Positions 37,548 to 46,824 of a stretch of 64,000 bases of DNA are shown in pieces (position 1 is the first letter of the stretch; each line of letters begins with the position of its first letter). Origin of the DNA: a virus; IMG/VR virus record IMGVR_UViG_3300044213_000170, positions 1 through 64,000 of that record. One strand, given 5' to 3'. A program made the translations under genes and the position numbers. The notes below the pieces were generated by a model. That model saw only the letters and a list, made by a program, of their open reading frames with translations. It did no database searches and was not told where the DNA came from.

Positions 37548-38231
37548 TTATAGTGATTGATAATACTGTTCTACTCTTGCGAGCCAGTTTTCTGTCCACA
37601 TCGAAAATTCGTCACCCTCAATGACAAATTCTTGGTAATTACAATCGGCACTGCACATTAAAATAACACCTTGATTTATAGTTGTACCATATGTTTCATT
37701 ATGCGCCAATGCATACGCAGTCAGCTGAAGAAAATAATCCTCAATCCATTCGCGTTTTTTAAGTTTATTTGTTTGTTTAAAGTCTAAAATTGCTGGGTTT
37801 CCACGCCATTCGGCAATACAATCTGTTGTGCCCGCATACAATCCTTTACAGTATAAAGGAATCTCTACCCCCCAATATTCAGTGACATTTTTGCCTAATC
37901 CGTCAAAAATGATAGTATTGGCCATACTGTGACTTTGTTTACTAAAAGGATTAGATCCGGGTTGGCCCAAGAATCCATCTTTAATATAGTCTTCAAGCCA
38001 TTTGTGCATTCTGGTGCCACGCCCGGCAGCTTCAGCTGTTATTTCTTTTGCTTTTACTTCGCCTACACGTTTACGCCACTGTTGCAACGCATCTCGTTTT
38101 TCTTGAGGTTTAGTAGCGTCTAGAATAGTTGTGACAGACGGCAAGGCTTCACCGTCCGGAGTTAGATAAACCCGTTTACCATTACGAGACTCTCGTATCA
38201 TTGATTTATATGTAAATTTATTGGTTATCAT
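37548..38231 (-). CDS. PD-(D/E)XK exonuclease
   Basis: PSVTTIL, RGT.MH, AGTTD..ILDFK and YFLQL.AY motifs. Confidence 0.85.
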   Translation of the reverse strand: MITNKFTYKSMIRESRNGKRVYLTPDGEALPSVTTILDATKPQEKRDALQQWRKRVGEVKAKEITAEAAGRGTRMHKWLEDYIKDGFLGQPGSNPFSKQSHSMANTIIFDGLGKNVTEYWGVEIPLYCKGLYAGTTDCIAEWRGNPAILDFKQTNKLKKREWIEDYFLQLTAYALAHNETYGTTINQGVILMCSADCNYQEFVIEGDEFSMWTENWLARVEQYYQSL

Positions 38232-39027
38232 AATATCTTGTATATTGAGTTAACATTTTTTGTTTAAAATATTCTTGTGTTTTTTTACCAGGATGTTGAC
38301 CATCTCTTGCCAAGTCAATTGACTGAAAAAATTCTTTCAAGCCGGCAGGAGAAGGTAGCTTTGCGTCTTCTTGATTTTTATTAAAATCTAATAACTGTTC
38401 TGCATCTTCCGAAAATACTGCCTTTACGCCATAAACGTTTGCTAATAAATTTACCATTAATTTATTTTTATGCAGCCTATGTGTGGCGTGCGGGTCGCTT
38501 AATAGATCAATTGACTCCCCTATCTTGCTCCACGGGCCCAGGAATTCGAACCTATTAAATTTTGCTCCAAAATCTCCCTTTGTTAATACTTCAAATCTCG
38601 CTGCACTCGGCCATAATATAAAAACGAATTCCGGGTTAAAGTATGGTATCGTATTTGCAGCCAGTCTGGCAATTGTATCCGAACTAGCACCAGGAAGACC
38701 GAAATTATAAATGGTATGAGTTGGAAACTCTTTTTCTAATAGCACAGGCCACGGCTCGTCTACTCCGACACCTTCAGTAAAGCTGCATCCAAAGCACAAA
38801 ATGGTGTTAGTTAACTCGACGAACTCGTGTGTTCGCCATCCATACGTATTAAATCTATATTCAAAAGAATCGGGCGTGTAGTCGGGTTCGATGCCTTTCG
38901 ATGCACAGTTAGATAGATATTTTTTAAAATTTTTAAGATTATCGGTTCCGGACCAAGTCGAAACCACAGGTTTTGATATGTGCTCTTGTTTTTTAGGTAT
39001 TACCCCTAATTCGAATTTATTTTCCAT
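38218..39027 (-). CDS. SGNH-like hydrolase/acyltransferase
   Basis: FGCSFT.G, N.G.PG.S and DGQHP motifs. Confidence 0.6.
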   Translation of the reverse strand: MENKFELGVIPKKQEHISKPVVSTWSGTDNLKNFKKYLSNCASKGIEPDYTPDSFEYRFNTYGWRTHEFVELTNTILCFGCSFTEGVGVDEPWPVLLEKEFPTHTIYNFGLPGASSDTIARLAANTIPYFNPEFVFILWPSAARFEVLTKGDFGAKFNRFEFLGPWSKIGESIDLLSDPHATHRLHKNKLMVNLLANVYGVKAVFSEDAEQLLDFNKNQEDAKLPSPAGLKEFFQSIDLARDGQHPGKKTQEYFKQKMLTQYTRYYDNQ

Positions 39028-39655
39028 TATGCTTGGTCGACTGTTTTATTTTATTTGCCGCTATCTCTTTGTTGGAGATATCATAATTCTTTAAGAATAA
39101 AAAAGGATTTAAGTTTTTAACCCATTTACTTTGCAAGAGTTGAATTTTGCTTAATAAGTTGTGTTGTTCAACAAAAAAGTCATTTGTATATTCAAGTGTA
39201 GTAGGTTTAGGTAATTCTACCCGACTGGTAATTTCTAATCCATCACGTTCAACAATTCGCAGACCAAATTTTGTTGCAAGGTGTTGAATTTTTTTGTTTT
39301 GAGTAATACAGTGCATGAATACATTATCAATGCCGTGTAACTTGGCCCAGGCAATCATATACTTCATTAATTCTCCGGCCACACCTTTGCCTTGAGATAT
39401 AGCATCTACACTTACTGCCAGTTCCCAATCATTTCCAAATTTTGCCAAATGTCCAAATCCTATTATTTCTTCGGAGTCGATCGCACAAAATAAATGGTGG
39501 TCTTGTTGGTTATACAAAATATTTAATATTAGAGCATCAATTTGATGATCGGTTATGTTGTGACAAAATCGAGTGTATTTGTCATCGGCTGGAAGATTTT
39601 TTAAATGTAAACCATACACAGCCAAAACGTCGATTGATTTATGTTGAATTTTCAT
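39017..39655 (-). CDS. GNAT acetyltransferase
   Basis: ELAVSV..QGKGVA..L and N..LA.KFG motifs. Confidence 0.85.
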   Translation of the reverse strand: MKIQHKSIDVLAVYGLHLKNLPADDKYTRFCHNITDHQIDALILNILYNQQDHHLFCAIDSEEIIGFGHLAKFGNDWELAVSVDAISQGKGVAGELMKYMIAWAKLHGIDNVFMHCITQNKKIQHLATKFGLRIVERDGLEITSRVELPKPTTLEYTNDFFVEQHNLLSKIQLLQSKWVKNLNPFLFLKNYDISNKEIAANKIKQSTKHNGK

Positions 39656-39713
39656 AGATGAAGAATATAGTGGGTACCATTGGTGCCCACTTGTGTAATT
39701 ATAAAATATTTAT

Positions 39714-40097
39714 TTAACTTTGTCTACGTTTCAAGGCGCTTTTGGCCATATTAGAAACCGTTTGTGCAGGATTATCCACAGATGTACCGGATGACTCGGA
39801 ATCCTGTGTATTACTGACATTTGAGTAACTATGAGTAACAAACACTATTTCGTTCGGAGTAATTTGTTTAATGATGTTTTTCATAGCCGGAATCTCGTCA
39901 TTCGCAGCCATTAAATCTTCTAAACTAAAACTCGATGCTCCAGTATTTTGAATAAGGCGGACAACAAATTGAACGGGCAATTTGGATTTTAATTCGCCTT
40001 GATCTATTTTACTCTTAATAAGGCTAAGAGCGGTGATAACATTACTATGTACATCACCGTCTTCATTGACTGTATCGAGGAAGTCGTTTGCTCGCAT
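39714..40097 (-). CDS. Hypothetical late protein
   Basis: 127-aa ORF. Confidence 0.6.
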   Translation of the reverse strand: MRANDFLDTVNEDGDVHSNVITALSLIKSKIDQGELKSKLPVQFVVRLIQNTGASSFSLEDLMAANDEIPAMKNIIKQITPNEIVFVTHSYSNVSNTQDSESSGTSVDNPAQTVSNMAKSALKRRQS

Positions 40098-40783
40098 TAA
40101 CGACGCTCACGACCTAATTCTTCTTCGCCGCCCGCTGCTGCGTCAGAAGTTGCAAAACCATCATCATCATGATCAAAATCGTCTTCAGGAGCAGGTAACT
40201 CACCGCCAGGTGCAGATAAGTCAGCACCCGAATCGGCACCGCCCATAGCCATCGGCTCAGCAATTTGTTCACCGGCTAATGCACGACTACCCTGATCTAA
40301 ATTGTCACGTGCGCCATTTAATGCATCCATTAAACCTTGTAATGCTGCGGTTGCTGTACCTTTAAACTGATCGGCTTGAGCTGTGCCCAATTGGTCACGG
40401 ATACTATCTAACAATGGAGGTAATTGTTCATTTAACATTTTACTAGCGTCGCTGATCATATCTTGAATGCTGTCCACCATATCTTTAGCGGCCAACACTG
40501 CTTCTGCTGTTTCCAATTCTCCTTCAGTTAAGACATTATTATCTACTAACCAAGCATCAATTCCTTCCTTGACCATGAACATTTCCATATATTTAGGATT
40601 TTGCTCAGCAGTATGAATGCCATAACTTTTACGGATTTTATTCAGACTTTCTTCTAATGCAATGCTTAAGCGTTGCGCTTTAGCATAAGTCATATTTTTA
40701 TAATCAACGGAGAATCCAAAGCGACTTTCCATTACTTTGTTCAAACGTTTTGTTGCCTTAGGGGCTAATTCTTTTAAATTCAT
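40097..40783 (-). CDS. Hypothetical late protein, possible internal head/scaffold protein
   Basis: Helical with an acidic tail; LTE-type site. Confidence 0.5.
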   Translation of the reverse strand: MNLKELAPKATKRLNKVMESRFGFSVDYKNMTYAKAQRLSIALEESLNKIRKSYGIHTAEQNPKYMEMFMVKEGIDAWLVDNNVLTEGELETAEAVLAAKDMVDSIQDMISDASKMLNEQLPPLLDSIRDQLGTAQADQFKGTATAALQGLMDALNGARDNLDQGSRALAGEQIAEPMAMGGADSGADLSAPGGELPAPEDDFDHDDDGFATSDAAAGGEEELGRERR

Positions 40784-41295
40784 ATTAAGGTATCCCAGAT
40801 TTTATTATATTTAGCCGTTGTTAGAATTTTTGTAAATTCTGATTCTGCATTTTTTAACCTATAATAAGCTAGTTGAAATTTAGCTAATCGTATGTTATGT
40901 TCGACTTCGTCAGCATTTGCGTGATTTCTAATTCTATGTGCTAATATGATATAATCGGCACGCGACTTTGCTAATTCTAAGTCGGCTGATAATAATCTAG
41001 TAGATCTGGTAAATTTATGCAGTTTTTCGTAAGCCGAGTAGTAAATTGCTATTTGTTTATTCTGAAAATGATGTACTAACTTATCATCATTATATACTTT
41101 AGCTGTGCCGTCTTGTTGGATTTTAATATCAAAATTGCCAATACCATAATGTTGTTTGGAATATTCGATGCAAAATGCTTGCGGTTTGTTTTTTATTTTT
41201 GCGAGTTCGCTTTTGGCCCAGTTTTCTACTTGTTCAACTGGCAACTTTTTTGCTATTAATTTAGTGAGTTTTTCTTTTATAAACGACACAGCCAT
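40780..41295 (-). CDS. Hypothetical protein
   Basis: 171-aa ORF. Confidence 0.55.
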   Translation of the reverse strand: MAVSFIKEKLTKLIAKKLPVEQVENWAKSELAKIKNKPQAFCIEYSKQHYGIGNFDIKIQQDGTAKVYNDDKLVHHFQNKQIAIYYSAYEKLHKFTRSTRLLSADLELAKSRADYIILAHRIRNHANADEVEHNIRLAKFQLAYYRLKNAESEFTKILTTAKYNKIWDTLI

Positions 41296-41473
41296 TTTCT
41301 TTAACCCTTGTTAGTACATTCTTATTTACTAAATTGCTGGCCATGAGTTGTTGTCTTTGATCCAAGTCGCGCTTGAGCACAACCGGAGTGTGTTCGTCAA
41401 ACTTCAATAACAGATCTGATTCTTCGTTTGTGATTGCTACAGATAAACCGTGTGTTATTTCTAATATCTTCAT
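41261..41473 (-). CDS. Hypothetical protein
   Basis: 70-aa ORF. Confidence 0.55.
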   Translation of the reverse strand: MKILEITHGLSVAITNEESDLLLKFDEHTPVVLKRDLDQRQQLMASNLVNKNVLTRVKENGCVVYKRKTH

Positions 41474-41730
41474 TTATTGACTAAATTAATTAATAATGTG
41501 ATGATTGCTGTAAACATTACCCCCAAAATTGCTGTACCAATAGTTACTAATCTGCTATCAAATCCATTTGCTTTGTTAGATACGGTATCTTTGATTTCTA
41601 ATAAATGCGATTCAACAACGACCAATCTATGATCTAGTTGTTCGAGTTTATTTTCCAATTGTTTGTACCTTTCTGCACATAACTCAACATGCGCTTCTAG
41701 GTTCTCTTTCTCAATGTTGGTGGTAGCCAT
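41470..41730 (-). CDS. Coiled-coil protein with a C-terminal TM helix
   Basis: LEAHVELCAERY coil plus hydrophobic tail. Confidence 0.65.
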   Translation of the reverse strand: MATTNIEKENLEAHVELCAERYKQLENKLEQLDHRLVVVESHLLEIKDTVSNKANGFDSRLVTIGTAILGVMFTAIITLLINLVNK

Positions 41731-41858
41731 TTAAATCTCTCTTCAATGAAAGATGCTGTGAATCCTTTGCCTGTGTGTGCCATGAAAAAGTGCCTGAATA
41801 TGCCGTGAGCATCAAATATATTTAGTTTTTGTTACTAATTGTAAAACTATGTTTTATT

Positions 41859-41893
41859 AAAAAAGTAAGGCAGCAAATGCCGCCTTACTTTTT
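41859..41893 (-). terminator. Intrinsic terminator
   Basis: AAAAGTAAGGC..GCCTTACTTTT hairpin with U-tract. Confidence 0.8.
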
Positions 41894-41911
41894 ACTAATA
41901 TTAAATGGATA

Positions 41912-42166
41912 TTAAGCGAATGCTAAACCACTTAATTGAACTTCTGTCCAACCATCTGCTGATGTAAAGTTCTCAACACCACAAGTTACACCAGCTGCTG
42001 TTGGTGTTCCGATGATTGTAATCGATACTTGTGCTTGTAAAACTTGAATAGCTGCTTCAAAGTTAGCATGTACGCTCATGTCGCCTGTGTGTTGAACCCA
42101 GTGAATGTCGCGACCTACTTGTTCCATTGGTGCTACAGCACCGTTTACTCTTGCAAATACTGCCAT
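41912..42166 (-). CDS. Small, probably highly expressed late (virion) protein
   Basis: Own TATAAATA promoter, AAGGA RBS and terminator. Confidence 0.6.
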   Translation of the reverse strand: MAVFARVNGAVAPMEQVGRDIHWVQHTGDMSVHANFEAAIQVLQAQVSITIIGTPTAAGVTCGVENFTSADGWTEVQLSGLAFA

Positions 42167-42218
42167 TTTCTTTTCCTTTAATGTTTAGCACCTAAAGTGC
42201 ATAATAATATTTATACCT

Positions 42219-43583
42219 TTAGTCTTTTTTCCACTGTTTTGTGGCGGTAAAGTTCTGCTTACTAAATTCTAATCTATCTACTAATTTTACTGCCCCGCCG
42301 TCATGACCAATGGCAACAAATCCTTCAGGTGCAGTTACTTTGTATCCGTCGTCTGTTTTAATAAACGTTCCGATACTCTCGACCTGTTGAATCTTACTGA
42401 GAATAGCTAGTTTTACTTCAATGATTCGTTTATATATAGCTAATACACCTAATAGTGTATTGCTATTATCTTCCATAAATTCTTCGTTTAAAACAATCTT
42501 TTCAATCCTGCGTAAAACTGCTACTTTAACTCCGCTGTCGACTAATGCGGTGTCCAACTGTTTTCTGGCAGAAGGCTCACGTGTGGCCATATATTGATGA
42601 ATTAAGTCTTCTTGTGGTTCTGTAAATTGACTTTGTTTCATTAGATCGTCGATGTCTTTTTCCATCTTACCACGATAATATGACATAAACTCTTGTAGGA
42701 ATTTAGTAGGCTCGCCTGTTTGTTCTCCGCCGCGAACTTTATTGTTGATGAATGGTTTAATATATTGACTGAATTCTGTGTTATTTAAAACAACATTAAA
42801 TTTTTCAGGACTAATCTTCTTTAATGTGTTGGCCGCTGCCCCCAATGTTCTGCCAATCGCACTATTTTCATCTGGGGTTAAACTTGCAATTCCCGTCAAA
42901 TCTTTATATGTTGCATCATCGAACCATACATCAGCATTGGGTTGTAATCCAGCTACACTTGCACCAAAACTGGCTCTCATTTCAGGTAAATTGGGACCTT
43001 CGTACTGGGTATGAAATATAATTCCCAATTTAGCACGAGCGATACGTTTACCTAACTCACTGGCTACAGGTACTGCGTATGTTATGGTATTGGGTTGAAA
43101 TACATGGCAGGGTTCACCATTGATGTCGACGGTTTGTAAGTCACCTTCTGTAAACATCAAATCCCCTTGTAACACATTGCCTATTCCTAATTTAGGCAAA
43201 TATTTTAGTGCTGCTTCTAATTTAGCCGCAAGACCTTCTTGTTGAGAATAAAATTTACGAATATCCGCAGATGACTTACACGCCTTGGGCTCAGTTTTAG
43301 CAAATACACTTTTTGTACCTACAAAAAACTTACCGTCCGCGGGATCTACTCCGCAAATAATTGCAGGTGCTCCGTCCCATTTAACTGTTACTTTTGTGTT
43401 AGTGCCTATGCCGTCGGCAAACATCTTACGTAGGCCTTCACAGTAGCTCAATGCTCGTTGTGCACCTTGATAGCCTTCGTTAAACACTAAATCTTCAATG
43501 TGTTCTAAGTGTACATTTTTGCCCTCTTTGCTTTCAAAGAGTTGCCATTGGGGTATTGACTTTTTAATTTCAAATAATTTCAT
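42219..43583 (-). CDS. Conserved T4-like phage protein with ligase/nucleotidyltransferase-like motifs
   Basis: HLEHIED, TVKWDG, LQGD, PEGFV and AVKLV motifs. Confidence 0.55.
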   Translation of the reverse strand: MKLFEIKKSIPQWQLFESKEGKNVHLEHIEDLVFNEGYQGAQRALSYCEGLRKMFADGIGTNTKVTVKWDGAPAIICGVDPADGKFFVGTKSVFAKTEPKACKSSADIRKFYSQQEGLAAKLEAALKYLPKLGIGNVLQGDLMFTEGDLQTVDINGEPCHVFQPNTITYAVPVASELGKRIARAKLGIIFHTQYEGPNLPEMRASFGASVAGLQPNADVWFDDATYKDLTGIASLTPDENSAIGRTLGAAANTLKKISPEKFNVVLNNTEFSQYIKPFINNKVRGGEQTGEPTKFLQEFMSYYRGKMEKDIDDLMKQSQFTEPQEDLIHQYMATREPSARKQLDTALVDSGVKVAVLRRIEKIVLNEEFMEDNSNTLLGVLAIYKRIIEVKLAILSKIQQVESIGTFIKTDDGYKVTAPEGFVAIGHDGGAVKLVDRLEFSKQNFTATKQWKKD

Positions 43584-44005
43584 AATAAATGTAAGTATTG
43601 GTTTAGTATTGCAGCCTGGCCCGAAGAAACCTTAGAGTTCGGTCTATTCAATGGATGCCATTCGTCGAAGTCGTCTAATTCAAATCGTTGTTTGTCAACT
43701 TGTAATACAATAGGATGTCTTGCCAATAGTTTAACATTTGGTGGAAGACCTTGTTGCTGTTGTGTAGCAGCGGCAGGTCTCGGAGACATGCTTTGCTGAG
43801 ATGCGGCAGACTGTGTGGCTGTCGGGGATTTATATGCTAAGTTTGTGGGTGCGTGATAAAATCGATCGCTTTCGGCTTTTTGACTAGCTAGCCAACTGGC
43901 ATTAGTTTCTCCCGCCTTTGCGTTCGGACCGGATTTTCTGGCACCACCTCGCAATTGATTTACAAAATCGCCCAACCCTTCTTTAATTACTTCATTTACT
44001 TTCAT
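43580..44005 (-). CDS. Hypothetical late protein
   Basis: 141-aa ORF. Confidence 0.55.
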   Translation of the reverse strand: MKVNEVIKEGLGDFVNQLRGGARKSGPNAKAGETNASWLASQKAESDRFYHAPTNLAYKSPTATQSAASQQSMSPRPAAATQQQQGLPPNVKLLARHPIVLQVDKQRFELDDFDEWHPLNRPNSKVSSGQAAILNQYLHLL

Positions 44006-44243
44006 TTTGAATTCGTTTAACTCCGCGACTAAATTTAGCAGGATCTTGACCTCTAATACTATTGATCAAACGACGCTCAAGTTCGTCTGCTTGATCTGCA
44101 TCATATGTTTCTCGAATAAAATTAATAAGATTAATCGCACCTTGAATAACGTGGTTGGCACGACTTTCTACTAGGTTCTCCCTGTCTCGTTGTAAACGAT
44201 AAGAGTCTAGTTCTTCCAATAAGCTACGAGTTTTTTTCTGCAA
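43992..44243 (-). CDS. Conserved hypothetical protein
   Basis: TTG start with GGAG RBS; TATAAATA upstream. Confidence 0.6.
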   Translation of the reverse strand: MQKKTRSLLEELDSYRLQRDRENLVESRANHVIQGAINLINFIRETYDADQADELERRLINSIRGQDPAKFSRGVKRIQNESK

Positions 44244-44306
44244 AATAAGGCTCCAGATTAACTATATTTATAAAATTTTTAAAAGTTCAGGTAGAGGTTT
44301 TCGGGG

Positions 44307-45752
44307 TTATTCTGTTTTCTTCAATCCTGCTAACATAGCTTTGAGCTTGGTATTATTTGCTTCACCGTGTACTGGTTTATCTAAACTCCAACCTTCCCTG
44401 GGCTGTGCTCGCTGAAACCCAGATTCAGGACTTCGATCATCATCACCGACTGTACTTTTTGGTTTAATTTGATTCATTATACTACCGACCTGTGGTTTAA
44501 TAGTACCAGGAGTTCCTTGCGCCTCTTCACCAGGATCGGTAATACGTAACGTTTCAATGTCGAAATCTAAGTCAACTTTCATACCAACACCGCTAGAACT
44601 ACGAGTTTTCATCAATTGAATCTGATATCTTCCACGTTCACGCATTGCTCTACTTGTAAAAATACCAAATACATTATCTGCGGTGTTAATTTTACTAATA
44701 CCGCCCGATATATGACTATGATCAAATTCAATTTCTTCCACTGCACTACGATTTAACTGACTGGCTGTGACCATTAAAATTTGAAATTCACGGGCCAGAT
44801 TACGCAATTCTTCAGACACATATTTGTCTTTAACAAATAAATCATTTGGACTAACTTTGGCACTAACTGGCATTACCAAATCCAAATAGTCCACCATAAT
44901 AAAGTCAGTTTTACGTCCGGTTTGTACTTCGAGTTCTTTAAGATATGCACGAATTTGATTTACGTTGCTTTGTGCTGGCATATACTTAATACGTAAATTA
45001 CCTGATTTTTTGCCTGCCATTTTCACTTTAAGTTCAACAGTTTCCATATCCTTAAATACTTCTCTTGTACTAACATTGGCTACCATACTATCCATGCGCA
45101 TAGCACACAATTCTTCACTGAGTTCTAATGTAAGAAATACCCCGTTAAGTCCTTGAGTGACCCAATTAATTGCAATATTTTGCATAAACAATGACTTGCC
45201 TGATCCTGACCCGCCTGCAAAAATATTCAATTCGCCGCGATTCATGCCGCCAAATAAACGCTTATCTAAGGTTGGCCAGCCTGTGCTAACTTGACCATTA
45301 TTATCTTTAATTTTCATTAACCTGGATCTAGGATCAGCAAAATATTCTGTACCCATATCTTTAGTTAAACTGATTTGCACTGCGTCTTTAATGAGTTTTT
45401 CCACCGGATCAAAATCGCCTTTTTCAATCATATCGGCGGCTTTGAGGATAGCTCTTTCTAATTCTTGTTTTTTAGTGAACCCTTCGAATTCACTCATAAA
45501 CCAGTCATAATGATTGTCGCCTAAGTCGGGTACCGGTTTAAGTTCAGTCCCTGTTACTGCTGCTAACTGATCCCTAGTGGGCATTGCTTTATATTGTTCT
45601 ACATGATCTTTAATAAACGTTGCCACAGGTCGTAGACTGCGATCAAAGTTTTCTGGATTGTAAATATTTTGCACTCGCAGATAACTTTCTGCATTTTGCA
45701 TCATCATTTCTAAAAATAGCTTTTGTAAGTCCTGCGAGTATTCTTTTGTCAT
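44307..45752 (-). CDS. Replicative DnaB-like helicase (T4 gp41-like)
   Basis: GGSGSGKS Walker A, MVDYLD, TASQLNR and KTR motifs. Confidence 0.93.
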   Translation of the reverse strand: MTKEYSQDLQKLFLEMMMQNAESYLRVQNIYNPENFDRSLRPVATFIKDHVEQYKAMPTRDQLAAVTGTELKPVPDLGDNHYDWFMSEFEGFTKKQELERAILKAADMIEKGDFDPVEKLIKDAVQISLTKDMGTEYFADPRSRLMKIKDNNGQVSTGWPTLDKRLFGGMNRGELNIFAGGSGSGKSLFMQNIAINWVTQGLNGVFLTLELSEELCAMRMDSMVANVSTREVFKDMETVELKVKMAGKKSGNLRIKYMPAQSNVNQIRAYLKELEVQTGRKTDFIMVDYLDLVMPVSAKVSPNDLFVKDKYVSEELRNLAREFQILMVTASQLNRSAVEEIEFDHSHISGGISKINTADNVFGIFTSRAMRERGRYQIQLMKTRSSSGVGMKVDLDFDIETLRITDPGEEAQGTPGTIKPQVGSIMNQIKPKSTVGDDDRSPESGFQRAQPREGWSLDKPVHGEANNTKLKAMLAGLKKTE

Positions 45753-46768
45753 TTATTTTTCATTAATTTAATTTTTAAAGGATTTGTTTCTGCCGCGGTT
45801 AGTATTGCCTTTAGCACAAATAATTTCCCATATTTCTGAACAGCCGAGTTAATATCCTTGCAAGTTTCTCTCCAAACAGGAAAACTCACATCCCACCCAT
45901 ATTCGATAGCATGATCGATCATTTGTTTGCCAGGTTCATCCCAGTCTGGTACTACTATTACACGTTTGCCCAATGATTCGATCAACTCTGCTTGCTGTTC
46001 GCTTATTTGGTTGCCCTGCACACTGATCCCGTCAATACTCATAGCATCTATCGGCCCTTCACATACAATAACAAATTTATTGTTTGGTAACTGTTCGTCT
46101 AAATTAAAAACAAAATCCGAAGGATGGTTGCTATAGTATTTTGGTTTTATCCCGTCAACTAATGCTCTTGCAGTATATCCCACTATCCCTTGTTTGTATT
46201 TAAACGGAATAATCACTCGATGACTTAATTTGTGTTCTACTTCGGGTGTCCAATAAAAATCATATTTTTGAGCATTTAACCCTCGATCTCGTGTAATGTA
46301 GTTTACTGAATCAGAGAACAGGGTGGGCAAATTATTATAATCGGCCAAACGGTAAAATTCTGCCAATGCCCAAAAACTTTTAGCTTCCTTGGGTAACTCT
46401 CTTATTTCAAATTCGATTTTTTCTTCGGGTTCTTTAACATCTGCGGGTTCTATTAGATCTTTAATTCTGACAGCTTCGATTACCAGTCGCTGAACTTCGT
46501 TTTGATCTGCACCCAACCATCTCAGTAATTTTCTAAATTTAAAACTTAATGGGCGCCCAGGAATATAGCTGGTTTTAAATTTACAATTGAAACAAGAATA
46601 GCTTACTCCACCGTCCGGATTGGAAATTACCCCGCCGCGTCCCCGAGTGTCCAGTGACTCGCCGTTATGTTGACAACAAACCGCGTTGAAAGAAAGCCAA
46701 CCAGATTGGCTTTTTCTTCGTTTGGCTGGCAATAAACTTAATGTGTAATCTTGAACCGCATTGAACAT
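45749..46768 (-). CDS. DNA primase (T4 gp61-like)
   Basis: Zn domain (CC.H..CFNC); TOPRIM EGPIDA and PDWD; ATG start at 46768. Confidence 0.88.
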   Translation of the reverse strand: MFNAVQDYTLSLLPAKRRKSQSGWLSFNAVCCQHNGESLDTRGRGGVISNPDGGVSYSCFNCKFKTSYIPGRPLSFKFRKLLRWLGADQNEVQRLVIEAVRIKDLIEPADVKEPEEKIEFEIRELPKEAKSFWALAEFYRLADYNNLPTLFSDSVNYITRDRGLNAQKYDFYWTPEVEHKLSHRVIIPFKYKQGIVGYTARALVDGIKPKYYSNHPSDFVFNLDEQLPNNKFVIVCEGPIDAMSIDGISVQGNQISEQQAELIESLGKRVIVVPDWDEPGKQMIDHAIEYGWDVSFPVWRETCKDINSAVQKYGKLFVLKAILTAAETNPLKIKLMKNK

Positions 46769-46824
46769 CAAAGTATTTTATACTAAATTACAGACAAAGT
46801 CAAAGAAATTATCTGTAATTTATA

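Noticed and set aside
37548-38231. Cas4
   Set aside because: It has a PD-(D/E)XK core but lacks the four-Cys Fe-S arrangement, so it is an ordinary phage exonuclease.
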